Below, piece by piece: positions 32,990 through 39,690 of a DNA stretch of 39,690 nucleotides (position 1 is its first letter; the number at the start of each line of letters is the position of its first letter). A program made the translations under genes and the position numbers. The notes under the pieces were generated by a model. It searched no databases, was not told the DNA's origin, and saw nothing but the letters and a program-made list of their open reading frames with translations. The stretch comes from Candidatus Woesearchaeota archaeon. GTDB taxonomy: Archaea; Nanobdellota; Nanobdellia; SCGC-AAA011-G17; JACQNH01. Where the stretch lies: contig JACQNH010000005.1 of NCBI GenBank assembly GCA_016203175.1, positions 1 to 39,690 of the forward strand, given 5' to 3'.

Positions 32990-33043
32990 CTATTAAACTA
33001 TTTAAAGTTAAATATTTAAACCTTTTCTAATAGCTATTTTAAA

Positions 33044-34135
33044 ATGGTAACTAAAAAATTAGATCAAAAACCAATAATAGTTCATACAGCAAGGTCTAAA
33101 CACACAAGATTATTAGCAGCTTTATCAATAATCTTGTTATTAATTATAGCAATATTAACATTAGTTTTTCTAAATGTAAATAAAAAAATAGATTCAATAA
33201 ATATAAATGGTGAAACAGAATATATAGATATAGTAAAAAACGTTCGTGATTCTGTAGTCTCAATAAGAACAGAAAAATCAGCAGCCTCAGGGGTTATAAT
33301 AAATAAAAACGGTCTTGTCTTAACTAATTATCATGTAATCTCAGAATTAAAAAAAGATGAAAAAATTCAAGTATTGTTAACAGATAAAAGAATCTACACC
33401 GCACAAATAATTGGAGCAGATGATAAAGCAGACGTCGCAATATTAAAAATTAACACAACAGACCTACCATCTATAAAATTAGGAGACAGCGATAATGTAA
33501 AAGTAGGAGAAAAAGTTATTGCTATAGGAAATCCATTTGGCTTTGATTCAACTGTAACAACAGGAATAGTAAGTGCATTGCATAGAGACAGAGGTCCAAC
33601 AGAATACAAAGATTTTATCCAAACAGATGCCTCAATTAATCCAGGAAATTCAGGTGGCCCTTTAATAAACCTAAAAGGCGAATTAATTGGAATTAACACA
33701 TTTATTATTGGTGGTGAAAAATTCTCAGGTTTAGGATTTGCAATTCCAATAAATTTAGTTAAAAGAATTACAGATCAAATATTAACAAAAGGAAAAGTGA
33801 TAAGGGCTTTTATAGGTATAATAGTCCAGGATATTTTAGAATTAGACAAAGAGGGTGATGGAAGAATTTTAGAAGGTGCAAAAGTAATTTTAGTAAGCAA
33901 CAATACCCCAGCAGCAAAAGCAGGATTAAAAACAGGAGACATAATAAAAGAGATTAACAGTATTAAAGTAAAATCTTCAAATCAATTGAGAAATTACGTT
34001 GCCTGGATCCCAATAGGTGAAGAAATTAAATTAAAAATACTAAGAGAGAATGAAACATTAAGCATCCCTTTAATTGTAGAAGAAAAATCAGAAGAAGAAA
34101 TTTCAATAACAATTACCAATGAAACCACCAAATAA
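33044..34135 (+). CDS. htrA: HtrA/DegP-family serine protease with PDZ domain, membrane-anchored
   Basis: Triad contexts TNYHV (His), DVAILK (Asp), GNSGGPL (Ser). C-terminal PDZ (AAKAGLKTGDIIKEINS). N-terminal TM LLAALSIILLLIIAILTLVFL. Confidence 0.9.
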   Translation: MVTKKLDQKPIIVHTARSKHTRLLAALSIILLLIIAILTLVFLNVNKKIDSININGETEYIDIVKNVRDSVVSIRTEKSAASGVIINKNGLVLTNYHVISELKKDEKIQVLLTDKRIYTAQIIGADDKADVAILKINTTDLPSIKLGDSDNVKVGEKVIAIGNPFGFDSTVTTGIVSALHRDRGPTEYKDFIQTDASINPGNSGGPLINLKGELIGINTFIIGGEKFSGLGFAIPINLVKRITDQILTKGKVIRAFIGIIVQDILELDKEGDGRILEGAKVILVSNNTPAAKAGLKTGDIIKEINSIKVKSSNQLRNYVAWIPIGEEIKLKILRENETLSIPLIVEEKSEEEISITITNETTK

Positions 34136-34183
34136 TTACCCTACTTCATAAATGCTTAAATACTGCTTTAAAATCTTAACCTT

Positions 34184-34540
34184 ATGGCAGTTTTAATCAC
34201 TTCAATATCAACAGGAAAAGGAACATGGACAGAAGTCTCCAAGCTTATAGAAATAGAAAAATGGAGTAAAGTTATTTTAATTGGAAATTCTTTCGCAAAA
34301 GACAATTTCAGAATGAATCAAAATTCAGAATTTGTAGAAATAGACCCTAATAAACTAATAAAAGAAATTAAAAATACAATAATAGAAAAACTAAAAGGCA
34401 AAATTGAAGACCCAGAAGTTGTTTTAAATATTGTTTCAGGAACAGGCAAAGAACATATGGCGACTATTTCAGCATTATTATCATTAGGCCTAGGGATAAG
34501 GTTCGTTAATGTTAGTCCTGAAGGCATAGAAGAATTATAA
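34184..34540 (+). CDS. Small alpha/beta (Rossmann-like) protein, hypothetical
   Basis: 118 aa. Beta-strand start VLITSISTGKGTW and late NIVSGTGKEHMATISALL Gly-rich loop. Confidence 0.4.
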   Translation: MAVLITSISTGKGTWTEVSKLIEIEKWSKVILIGNSFAKDNFRMNQNSEFVEIDPNKLIKEIKNTIIEKLKGKIEDPEVVLNIVSGTGKEHMATISALLSLGLGIRFVNVSPEGIEEL

Positions 34541-34589
34541 TCTCTCTACAATAGAAATTTATTAAAACTCATTAATTCTTTATAAAATA

Positions 34590-35633
34590 ATGCCAAACCT
34601 ATTTGATAACATAAACAATAAAAGTATCTTCATAGATCCAATAATATTAGATTTTGAATATCTACCTAAACTATTGCCTTTTAGAGAATCAGAACAGCAC
34701 CATATAGCAGACTGCATTAAACCTTTATTCAATAACTCATTAGGGAAAAATATTTTAGTAATAGGAAAACCAGGAATAGGAAAATCAGCAGCTTGTAAAT
34801 TTGTCTTAAGAGAACTAGAAGAAAAAGGTTTAGATGAAAAAATAATCCCATTATACATTAATTGCTGGAAAAATAATACAGAACATCAATTTTTATTAGA
34901 AATCTGTAACCAAATAGATTACAAATTCACTCATAACAAAACCTCTTTGGACTTATTAAAAACAATCTCAAAAATATTAAATAAAAAAGCAGTTGTAATT
35001 TGTTTAGACGAAGTTGATAAGTTAGCAGATTACTCAATAATTTATAATTTAATAGAGGACATCTTCAAAAAAACTTTAATATTTATAACAAATAAAACAT
35101 CTTTCCTGGCAGAATTAGATAAAAGAATCCATTCAAGACTAATCCCAGAAGTAATAAACTTTAAGCATTATAATTACGAAGAAACAAAAGAAATCTTAAA
35201 ACAAAGAATGGATCTTGCATTTAATAAAAATACATTTGAACAGGAAGCATTTGAAGAAATAGCAGCAAAAAGTGCTTATGAAAAAGATATTAGGCTAGGT
35301 TTAACATTGCTAAAAGAATCTGCAACTACAGCTGAACTTAAAAACAATTCTGTGGTAAAAAAAGAGCATGTTGTAGAAGCTATTAATAAATTGTTTCCAG
35401 AAAAGGAAAATTTGAAAGAAATAGAAAATAAAATAATATCCATGTTAAAAGAAAAAAAAGAATTAACAACTAAAGAAATATTAAACGAACTTAATGATAA
35501 AAAAATTAATTATCGGCAATTAACTGCTATAATCTCTAAAATGAAAGATAAAAAATTAATAACTACAAATATCATAACCAAAGGCAAATTTGGCAACATA
35601 CCTGTCCATTCCTTTGTTTCCACTGTTCTATAA
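34590..35633 (+). CDS. cdc6: Orc1/Cdc6 replication initiator (AAA+ plus C-terminal winged helix)
   Basis: Walker A GKPGIGKS, Walker B VICLDEVD, and a C-terminal wH (TTKEILNELNDKKINYRQLTAIISKMKDKKLI). Confidence 0.85.
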   Translation: MPNLFDNINNKSIFIDPIILDFEYLPKLLPFRESEQHHIADCIKPLFNNSLGKNILVIGKPGIGKSAACKFVLRELEEKGLDEKIIPLYINCWKNNTEHQFLLEICNQIDYKFTHNKTSLDLLKTISKILNKKAVVICLDEVDKLADYSIIYNLIEDIFKKTLIFITNKTSFLAELDKRIHSRLIPEVINFKHYNYEETKEILKQRMDLAFNKNTFEQEAFEEIAAKSAYEKDIRLGLTLLKESATTAELKNNSVVKKEHVVEAINKLFPEKENLKEIENKIISMLKEKKELTTKEILNELNDKKINYRQLTAIISKMKDKKLITTNIITKGKFGNIPVHSFVSTVL

Positions 35634-35772
35634 AGGCCTTGACAATGTAATATTCATTTATACAGCTTGTAACACTAAAATTTAAAGGAATTTTTTGCAC
35701 TGTTGCACCGTTTTCTAAGACTCGCGTCAGGTATATATACTAAACTTCTTTTTTAACATAGGAGGTGTTAAA

Positions 35773-35904
35773 ATGAAATTATTGAAATTTTTATTTGAGG
35801 AAGAATACTTGGAGTGGAACGAATATCTAGATACAGTAAAGGAAAGATGCTTTTTTGCTGACAAGCATCTAATAAAACAAAGGGGGTGGGACTATGTACT
35901 ATGA
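35773..35904 (+). CDS. Micro-ORF (43 aa), hypothetical
   Basis: GGAGGTG lies 5 nt upstream of the ATG. Product MKLLKFLFEEEYLEWNEYLDTVKERCFFADKHLIKQRGWDYVL. Overlaps the next micro-ORF by 11 nt. Confidence 0.35.
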   Translation: MKLLKFLFEEEYLEWNEYLDTVKERCFFADKHLIKQRGWDYVL

Positions 35905-36007
35905 TATCTATAATTTAAAGGCAAGAAAACAAATGCTAGAAGATGATGAAATTGATGCAGCAGAAGAAGGCTTTATGCAGGGATATATGTCTTGTGATGA
36001 AAAATAA
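35894..36007 (+). CDS. Micro-ORF (37 aa), hypothetical
   Basis: GGGGGTGGG lies just upstream of the ATG. Product MYYDIYNLKARKQMLEDDEIDAAEEGFMQGYMSCDEK. Confidence 0.35.
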   Translation: MYYDIYNLKARKQMLEDDEIDAAEEGFMQGYMSCDEK

Positions 36008-36026
36008 CTAAACTCCTTCCGACGAA

Positions 36027-36320
36027 ATGACAAACTTGTTAGAGGTAATAGATAAAAGTAAAAGAATAATATTTCTTACTAGAGAAAGATACAAGCATAT
36101 CCTAAAACATCCAGAAATGCAAAATAAAATTCAAGAGATAATCGACACATTAGAAAACCCACTAAAGATTACTGACTATTGTTTAGAAAAAGAAATTAAA
36201 TACTATTATAGATATCACAAAGAAAGAAAATCAAAGGCAAAATATATGATAGTCATAGTTAAATATTTAAATGGAAAAGGGTTCATAATAACAGCGTATT
36301 TCACCGAGGCAATAAAATGA
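36027..36320 (+). CDS. Putative BECR/RelE-fold toxin-like protein (HxxxxHPE motif)
   Basis: RERYKHILKHPEMQNKIQEIIDTLENPLKI, then beta-strand-like KYMIVIVKYLNGKGFIITAYF. ATGA overlap with a DUF2283-type gene. The family call is from recollection only. Confidence 0.4.
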   Translation: MTNLLEVIDKSKRIIFLTRERYKHILKHPEMQNKIQEIIDTLENPLKITDYCLEKEIKYYYRYHKERKSKAKYMIVIVKYLNGKGFIITAYFTEAIK

Positions 36321-36547
36321 AAGGAAACATGAATATCTATTACGACAAAGAGGCAGATTTTCTAGAGATAAATATAGGAGATTATACAGAAGGCTATTTT
36401 AGGGATTTAGGCGAAGGTATTTCAGAAAGAATAGATGAGAAAACTGGTAAGGTCACTGGTATAGCTATTATGAGCTTCAAAAAAAGAACAGAAAAATTAA
36501 AGGATTTAAAAATAGCATTGCCAATAAAGATCGAAATATTATCTTAA
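36317..36547 (+). CDS. DUF2283-family small protein (putative antitoxin partner)
   Basis: MNIYYDKEADFLEINIG...GEGISERIDEKTGKVTGIAIMSFKKR fits the YDxEADxLxI...G.ivGiei signature of DUF2283. Confidence 0.6.
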   Translation: MKGNMNIYYDKEADFLEINIGDYTEGYFRDLGEGISERIDEKTGKVTGIAIMSFKKRTEKLKDLKIALPIKIEILS

Positions 36548-36555
36548 AACTGCTT

Positions 36556-38115
36556 TTACTTCCCAGTCTTTTTCTTTAATTTATCTTTTAAATTTAATTT
36601 CTTCAATAATTCCTTATATCTATTTCTAATTGTTACTTCAGTAATTCCAGCTACATCAGCAACTTCCCTTTGAGTCCTTTTTTCATTGTTCATTAAAGCA
36701 GCAACATATAAACTTGCAGCAGCAATCCCTGTAGGACCTCTTCCACTAGTTAATTCTGCATCTTGAGCCTTTTCTAAAATCTCAACAGCAGTGCTTTGAG
36801 TTTCAGGACTTAATCTTAAATTAGAAGCAAATCTAGGTATAAAATCAACAGGGTTTGAAGGTAATATTCTCATTCCTAATTCTCTTGTTACAAATCTATA
36901 AGTCCTTCCAATTTCTTTCTTATCAATTCCAGAAGCTTCACTTAATTCATCTAATGTTCTTGGAACCTCATGTCTTCTGCAAGCAGCATATAAAGCACCA
37001 GCAACAACACTCTCCATACTTCTGCCTCTTACTAAACCCCTTTGAACTGCCATAGTATAAACCCTAGCAGATTCTTCCTCAACGCTCTTAGGTAATTTTA
37101 AAAAAGAAGCAACTCTTTTTAATTCAGCCAAAGCTAATTTTAAATTCCTTTCAATTGCAGTACTTATTCTATATTGCCATTTCCTTAATCTAAAAAATTT
37201 ATTTCTCTCTTTACTTCCTAATTGGTATATATCTGCCTTTTGACCAATATCAGTTCCTAAACCACGATCAAACTTAGTATTATGCAAGAAGATATTTCCT
37301 CTCCCACCTACAAAATTCTCATAGCCTGGAACTGTTAAATCATAAGCATAACCAGAAACAGACTTAACTTTTCTAATGCCCCTAACTCTTAAATACAAAA
37401 ATGGAGCTTTAGCTAATTTCAATAATTTGTTGTCATGGTACTTATTAGCAATTTTTACTGCAAGACCTCTTTTAATTCTAACCCTTTTTCCAAATTTCCA
37501 GTTTTTCTTATCCAAAATGTTAATTTCCCTTACATTTTCTATTAATGGAATCTCTTTAGGGGCTACTAAAAATTGTCCTTCTTTCAATTTATCTACTCTA
37601 ACACCAACTACCTGATTATCTTTAACAGTAAAAACACTGTGACTCCCTGTAACCCTAACCTTTTTTCCGCTTTCCAATAGTATCTCATAAACCTCATCAG
37701 CAGGATGTCTTGAAACCTCACTAATTTTCCTAAAATCTATATTATAATCTCCATCAAAAGACACACACTCAAAACCTTCAACAGGTACATATTCTATAAT
37801 TCCATCTTTCTTCAAATAGCTATTTTTTTCAGCCATTAACTCATCAACAAATTTACCAATTTTAACAATCTGTATTTTATTTTCACTTTTTATCACAACT
37901 GGCTCATCATAGTCTACAGAATAACTCATAGGAGCTCCAGTTCTTCTTCTTTTAGCAGCTTGATCAGAATCAAATTCAGTCCATTCTTGACCTAAATCAA
38001 CCATTCTTTCTTCAACTACTAAACCACAATCTCTACAGATCATTTCTCCACGATCCTTATTAAGAATTAAGTTTATGCTCCCGCATTCCGGACACTTTTT
38101 AATATAGCCTGCCAT
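36556..38115 (-). CDS. tfb: Transcription initiation factor B (TFB/TFIIB) interrupted by a mini-intein
   Basis: Zn ribbon CPECG...CRDCG, B-reader GQEWTEFDSDQAAKRRRTGAPMSY, and two cyclin repeats at the C-terminus. A 214-aa insertion sits between ...PMSY and TKFDRGLGTDIG. Confidence 0.9.
   Translation of the reverse strand: MAGYIKKCPECGSINLILNKDRGEMICRDCGLVVEERMVDLGQEWTEFDSDQAAKRRRTGAPMSYSVDYDEPVVIKSENKIQIVKIGKFVDELMAEKNSYLKKDGIIEYVPVEGFECVSFDGDYNIDFRKISEVSRHPADEVYEILLESGKKVRVTGSHSVFTVKDNQVVGVRVDKLKEGQFLVAPKEIPLIENVREINILDKKNWKFGKRVRIKRGLAVKIANKYHDNKLLKLAKAPFLYLRVRGIRKVKSVSGYAYDLTVPGYENFVGGRGNIFLHNTKFDRGLGTDIGQKADIYQLGSKERNKFFRLRKWQYRISTAIERNLKLALAELKRVASFLKLPKSVEEESARVYTMAVQRGLVRGRSMESVVAGALYAACRRHEVPRTLDELSEASGIDKKEIGRTYRFVTRELGMRILPSNPVDFIPRFASNLRLSPETQSTAVEILEKAQDAELTSGRGPTGIAAASLYVAALMNNEKRTQREVADVAGITEVTIRNRYKELLKKLNLKDKLKKKTGK
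37279..37920 (-). mobile_element. Mini-intein in TFB (Ser1 ... His-Asn / Thr+1)
   Basis: Block A-like SVDYDEPVVI, block B VRVTGSHSVFTV (TxxH), block F YAYDLTVPGYENFV, block G GNIFLHN followed by Thr. No LAGLIDADG or HNH motifs. Removal restores RTGAPMSY-TKFDRGLGT, collinear with canonical TFB. Confidence 0.8.
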
Positions 38116-38200
38116 TTTAGTATAGCCTCCAAATAAAAGAACCTCATTTTTCTAAAAACCACCTTTTAACAACAACAATCTTTATATATTAAATGCTATT

Positions 38201-38213
38201 ACTTATATATAAA
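38201..38213 (-). promoter_or_regulatory. TATA-box/promoter motif TTTATATATAAGT upstream of tfb
   Basis: The reverse complement of acttatatataaa. Lies about 85 nt upstream of the tfb ATG. A partly symmetrical tttatatatt occurs on the + strand at 38181-38190. Confidence 0.4.
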
Positions 38214-38271
38214 GCTTTCTATTGATAAAATTCGATAGTTTTAACCTTTTTTTCGACAAATTAAGAAGATT

Positions 38272-38658
38272 TTACTTACTTTCTATTAAAATAGCATTTA
38301 TAGCGCCTTCTTGACCCGGTCTGTTAGTAATTCTAGCTAAACCCATCTCAGTCTCTATAGTTGCCCCTTTTGTCATTATATTACGCCTAATATAGTTTTT
38401 ATTTGCGCTATTGTCTTTAACAGTTTTAATCTGTAATTTATGGAACTTTTTAGTCTTAGGATCATAAATATTAGCAGAATTATTGCTTAACAAATAAGCC
38501 TTGCTTCCAGCATTTCTAGTTCTAATCTTTACAATCTTTTTTTCTCCTAAAATTGTCAAAGCAGGATTTCTATGTACCTCTCTTTTTCTCTTTTCTCTAA
38601 ACCGATTATATTTCCCACCTGAAACTTTTCTTTTAGACCTAAATTTCCAAATTGCCAT
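38272..38658 (-). CDS. rps8e: Ribosomal protein eS8 (S8e)
   Basis: MAIWKFRSKRKVSGGKY... and the C-terminal ARITNRPGQEGAINAILI are typical S8e. Start moved to ATG 38658 (the track start adds MFIPF). Confidence 0.85.
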   Translation of the reverse strand: MAIWKFRSKRKVSGGKYNRFREKRKREVHRNPALTILGEKKIVKIRTRNAGSKAYLLSNNSANIYDPKTKKFHKLQIKTVKDNSANKNYIRRNIMTKGATIETEMGLARITNRPGQEGAINAILIESK

Positions 38659-38756
38659 AAAAGGAATAAACAAAATATTTATTTAAAAACCTTCCTATAC
38701 CATTTTAAAAACAAAAAATACAAAACTTTAAAAACAAAGAAATAGTCTTTAAAACC

Positions 38757-38984
38757 ATGACAGAATTAGAACGTCCATTAGACGCATTAAACAGCTCAAG
38801 AAACAAAAGGGTTATCTTAGAGCTTAAAAATAATAAGCAGATTATAGGAACTCTAAAAGCCTTTGATGTACATATTAATACAGTTCTAACAGATGCAGAA
38901 GAGCATGAAAATGGACAATTAAAAAGAAAATTAGGCAATGTGTTTATACGTGGGGATACAATAATTCTAATTACATCACAATAA
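38757..38984 (+). CDS. Sm-like archaeal protein (SmAP/LSm)
   Basis: Sm1 (RVILELKNNKQIIGTLKAFDVHINTVL) and Sm2 (NVFIRGDTIILI) motifs. Immediately upstream of rpl37e, as in many archaea. Confidence 0.85.
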   Translation: MTELERPLDALNSSRNKRVILELKNNKQIIGTLKAFDVHINTVLTDAEEHENGQLKRKLGNVFIRGDTIILITSQ

Positions 38985-38995
38985 GGAGTTGAAAT

Positions 38996-39178
38996 ATGAC
39001 TAAAGGTGGTCCTTCAATGGGTAGAAAAGCTTCTGCTAGACTACACTATAGATGCAGAAGATGTGGTAATTCTTCCTTTCATAAAAAAAGAGGAATTTGT
39101 TCATATTGTGGTTTTGGTGCTTCTTCTAAAATAAGAGAATATAGTTGGCAGAAAAAGAACTTCTTAAAAACAAAATAA
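38996..39178 (+). CDS. rpl37e: Ribosomal protein eL37 (L37e)
   Basis: AAGGAG Shine-Dalgarno sequence. GGPSMGRK...H..CRRCG...H..K..CSYCG four-Cys zinc ribbon and ...REYSWQ. Confidence 0.9.
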   Translation: MTKGGPSMGRKASARLHYRCRRCGNSSFHKKRGICSYCGFGASSKIREYSWQKKNFLKTK

Positions 39179-39216
39179 ATACTTTTAAATAAATATAATT
39201 CTTTAAAACATTTCAT

Positions 39217-39312
39217 GCGGGAGTGCCGGAGCGGCCAAACGGATCTGGCTTAGGTTCAATGAAGAAACCAGATGGCTTAGTGCCTACTAAGGTTCAAATC
39301 CTTACTCCCGCA
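39217..39312 (+). tRNA. tRNA-Leu(TAG) with 12-nt intron at 37/38
   Basis: Acceptor stem GCGGGAG/CTCCCGC, anticodon stem TCTGG/CCAGA separated by 19 nt (loop CTTAGG..A plus 12 nt), a long variable arm (TGGCTTAGTGCCTAC), and T arm TAAGG-TTCAAAT-CCTTA. Confidence 0.85.
39255..39266 (+). other. tRNA-Leu intron (about 12 nt)
   Basis: ttcaatgaagaa lies between G37 and A38. As in the tRNA-Arg intron it is followed by an AAA bulge before the 3' anticodon stem. The central helix CTT/AAG is weak. Confidence 0.55.
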
Positions 39313-39364
39313 AAATTTTCTATCGCTTCAATAAGTTTAAATAATATAAAATCAAATTCATTTT

Positions 39365-39592
39365 ATGCTTAAAAGAGATTTATTGATCATTATAATTCTC
39401 TTAATTAATATTTTTGTTAATGCACAACAAGAAATAACGATAGGCTTTGACGCAAATAAAAAACCAAAATTTGAAGGAGAAATCAGTGGGATAGAAATAA
39501 AGCAACAGGATCTAGACTATATTGTAGAAGCAGAAGGGGGAAAAATCGCTGTACTAGACTATAATACACTAGAGAGAACTTTGCAAAACTAA
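39365..39592 (+). CDS. Small secreted protein, hypothetical
   Basis: Signal peptide LLIIIILLINIFVNA, then a 55-aa hydrophilic part. No motif recognised. Confidence 0.4.
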   Translation: MLKRDLLIIIILLINIFVNAQQEITIGFDANKKPKFEGEISGIEIKQQDLDYIVEAEGGKIAVLDYNTLERTLQN

Positions 39593-39667
39593 CCCAAAAT
39601 CTTGATTTTAATTCATAAAATTTATATTTATAACCTCATTCTTAAAATAAAAAATGAGGTGATCTTT

Positions 39668-39690
39668 ATGGAAAATAAATTTTCTTTAAA
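39668..39690 (+). CDS. 5' end of a CDS running off the window (partial)
   Basis: ATG 39668 is preceded by GAGGTGA at a 5-nt spacing. Only 7 codons are visible (MENKFSL). Confidence 0.25.

Noticed and set aside
34541-35772. Replication origin (ORB/mini-ORB repeats plus AT-rich unwinding element) expected next to orc1/cdc6
   Set aside because: The upstream spacer is only 49 nt. In the 139-nt downstream spacer I found no repeated ORB-like inverted elements, only a short TGCA-CTGT-TGCA symmetry. By eye there is no support. A genome-wide skew and repeat analysis would be needed.
37279-37920. Homing endonuclease domain inside the TFB intein
   Set aside because: The roughly 90 residues between blocks B and F are basic (KFGKRVRIKRGLAVKIANKYH...). 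They lack LAGLIDADG, HNH or GIY-YIG motifs and are too short, so the element is called a mini-intein.
39633-39660. 7-bp hairpin ACCTCAT...ATGAGGT downstream of 39365-39592, considered as a terminator or SD-sequestering element
   Set aside because: The loop is a 14-nt A-rich stretch and no oligo-T tract follows. The 3' arm overlaps the GAGGTGA SD of the next (partial) gene, which may fully explain the sequence. Evidence is too weak to call.

Overview
Gene-dense, visibly AT-rich archaeal chromosome segment. The archaeal assignment rests on archaeal-type AlaRS, TFE, TFB, the uL1-P0-P1 stalk cluster, S8e, the Sm-L37e pair, Orc1/Cdc6, Taw1/TYW1 and intron-bearing tRNAs. Short spacers, many small secreted or membrane proteins and Lys-rich tails on core proteins fit a reduced DPANN-type (Pace-/Woesearchaeota-like) genome; this is inference only. 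I support about 55 CDS, 3 tRNAs (two with 12-nt anticodon-loop introns), one intein, one intragenic tandem repeat and a recurring 13-nt TATA-type promoter motif. No CRISPR array, rRNA or transposase is visible. Main items for follow-up: (1) 14054-15109, a single ORF with a perfect CDP-alcohol phosphatidyltransferase signature fused to an exosortase/archaeosortase-like Cys/Arg/His membrane domain. It lies head-to-head with a PAP2 phosphatase, near a DedA protein, and 3.4 kb from two tandem surface proteins ending in TM plus basic tail. This may be a compact protein-lipidation module. (2) A 126-aa half-size deoxyhypusine-hydroxylase-like HEAT protein wedged between two tRNAs. (3) A 214-aa mini-intein (Ser1...HN/Thr+1) in the B-reader/linker region of TFB. 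(4) A P0 stalk protein whose canonical acidic tail is replaced by a roughly 150-aa repeat-bearing extension. (5) A block of secreted Cys-rich proteins, including MopE-type repeats and an 830-aa protein with a pilin-like class III signal, that encloses a VapBC pair. (6) A secreted peptide that is 31% tyrosine. (7) A fatty-acid-desaturase-family gene in an archaeal context. (8) Three toxin-antitoxin-like pairs. All family calls come from motif reading by eye; no searches were run.
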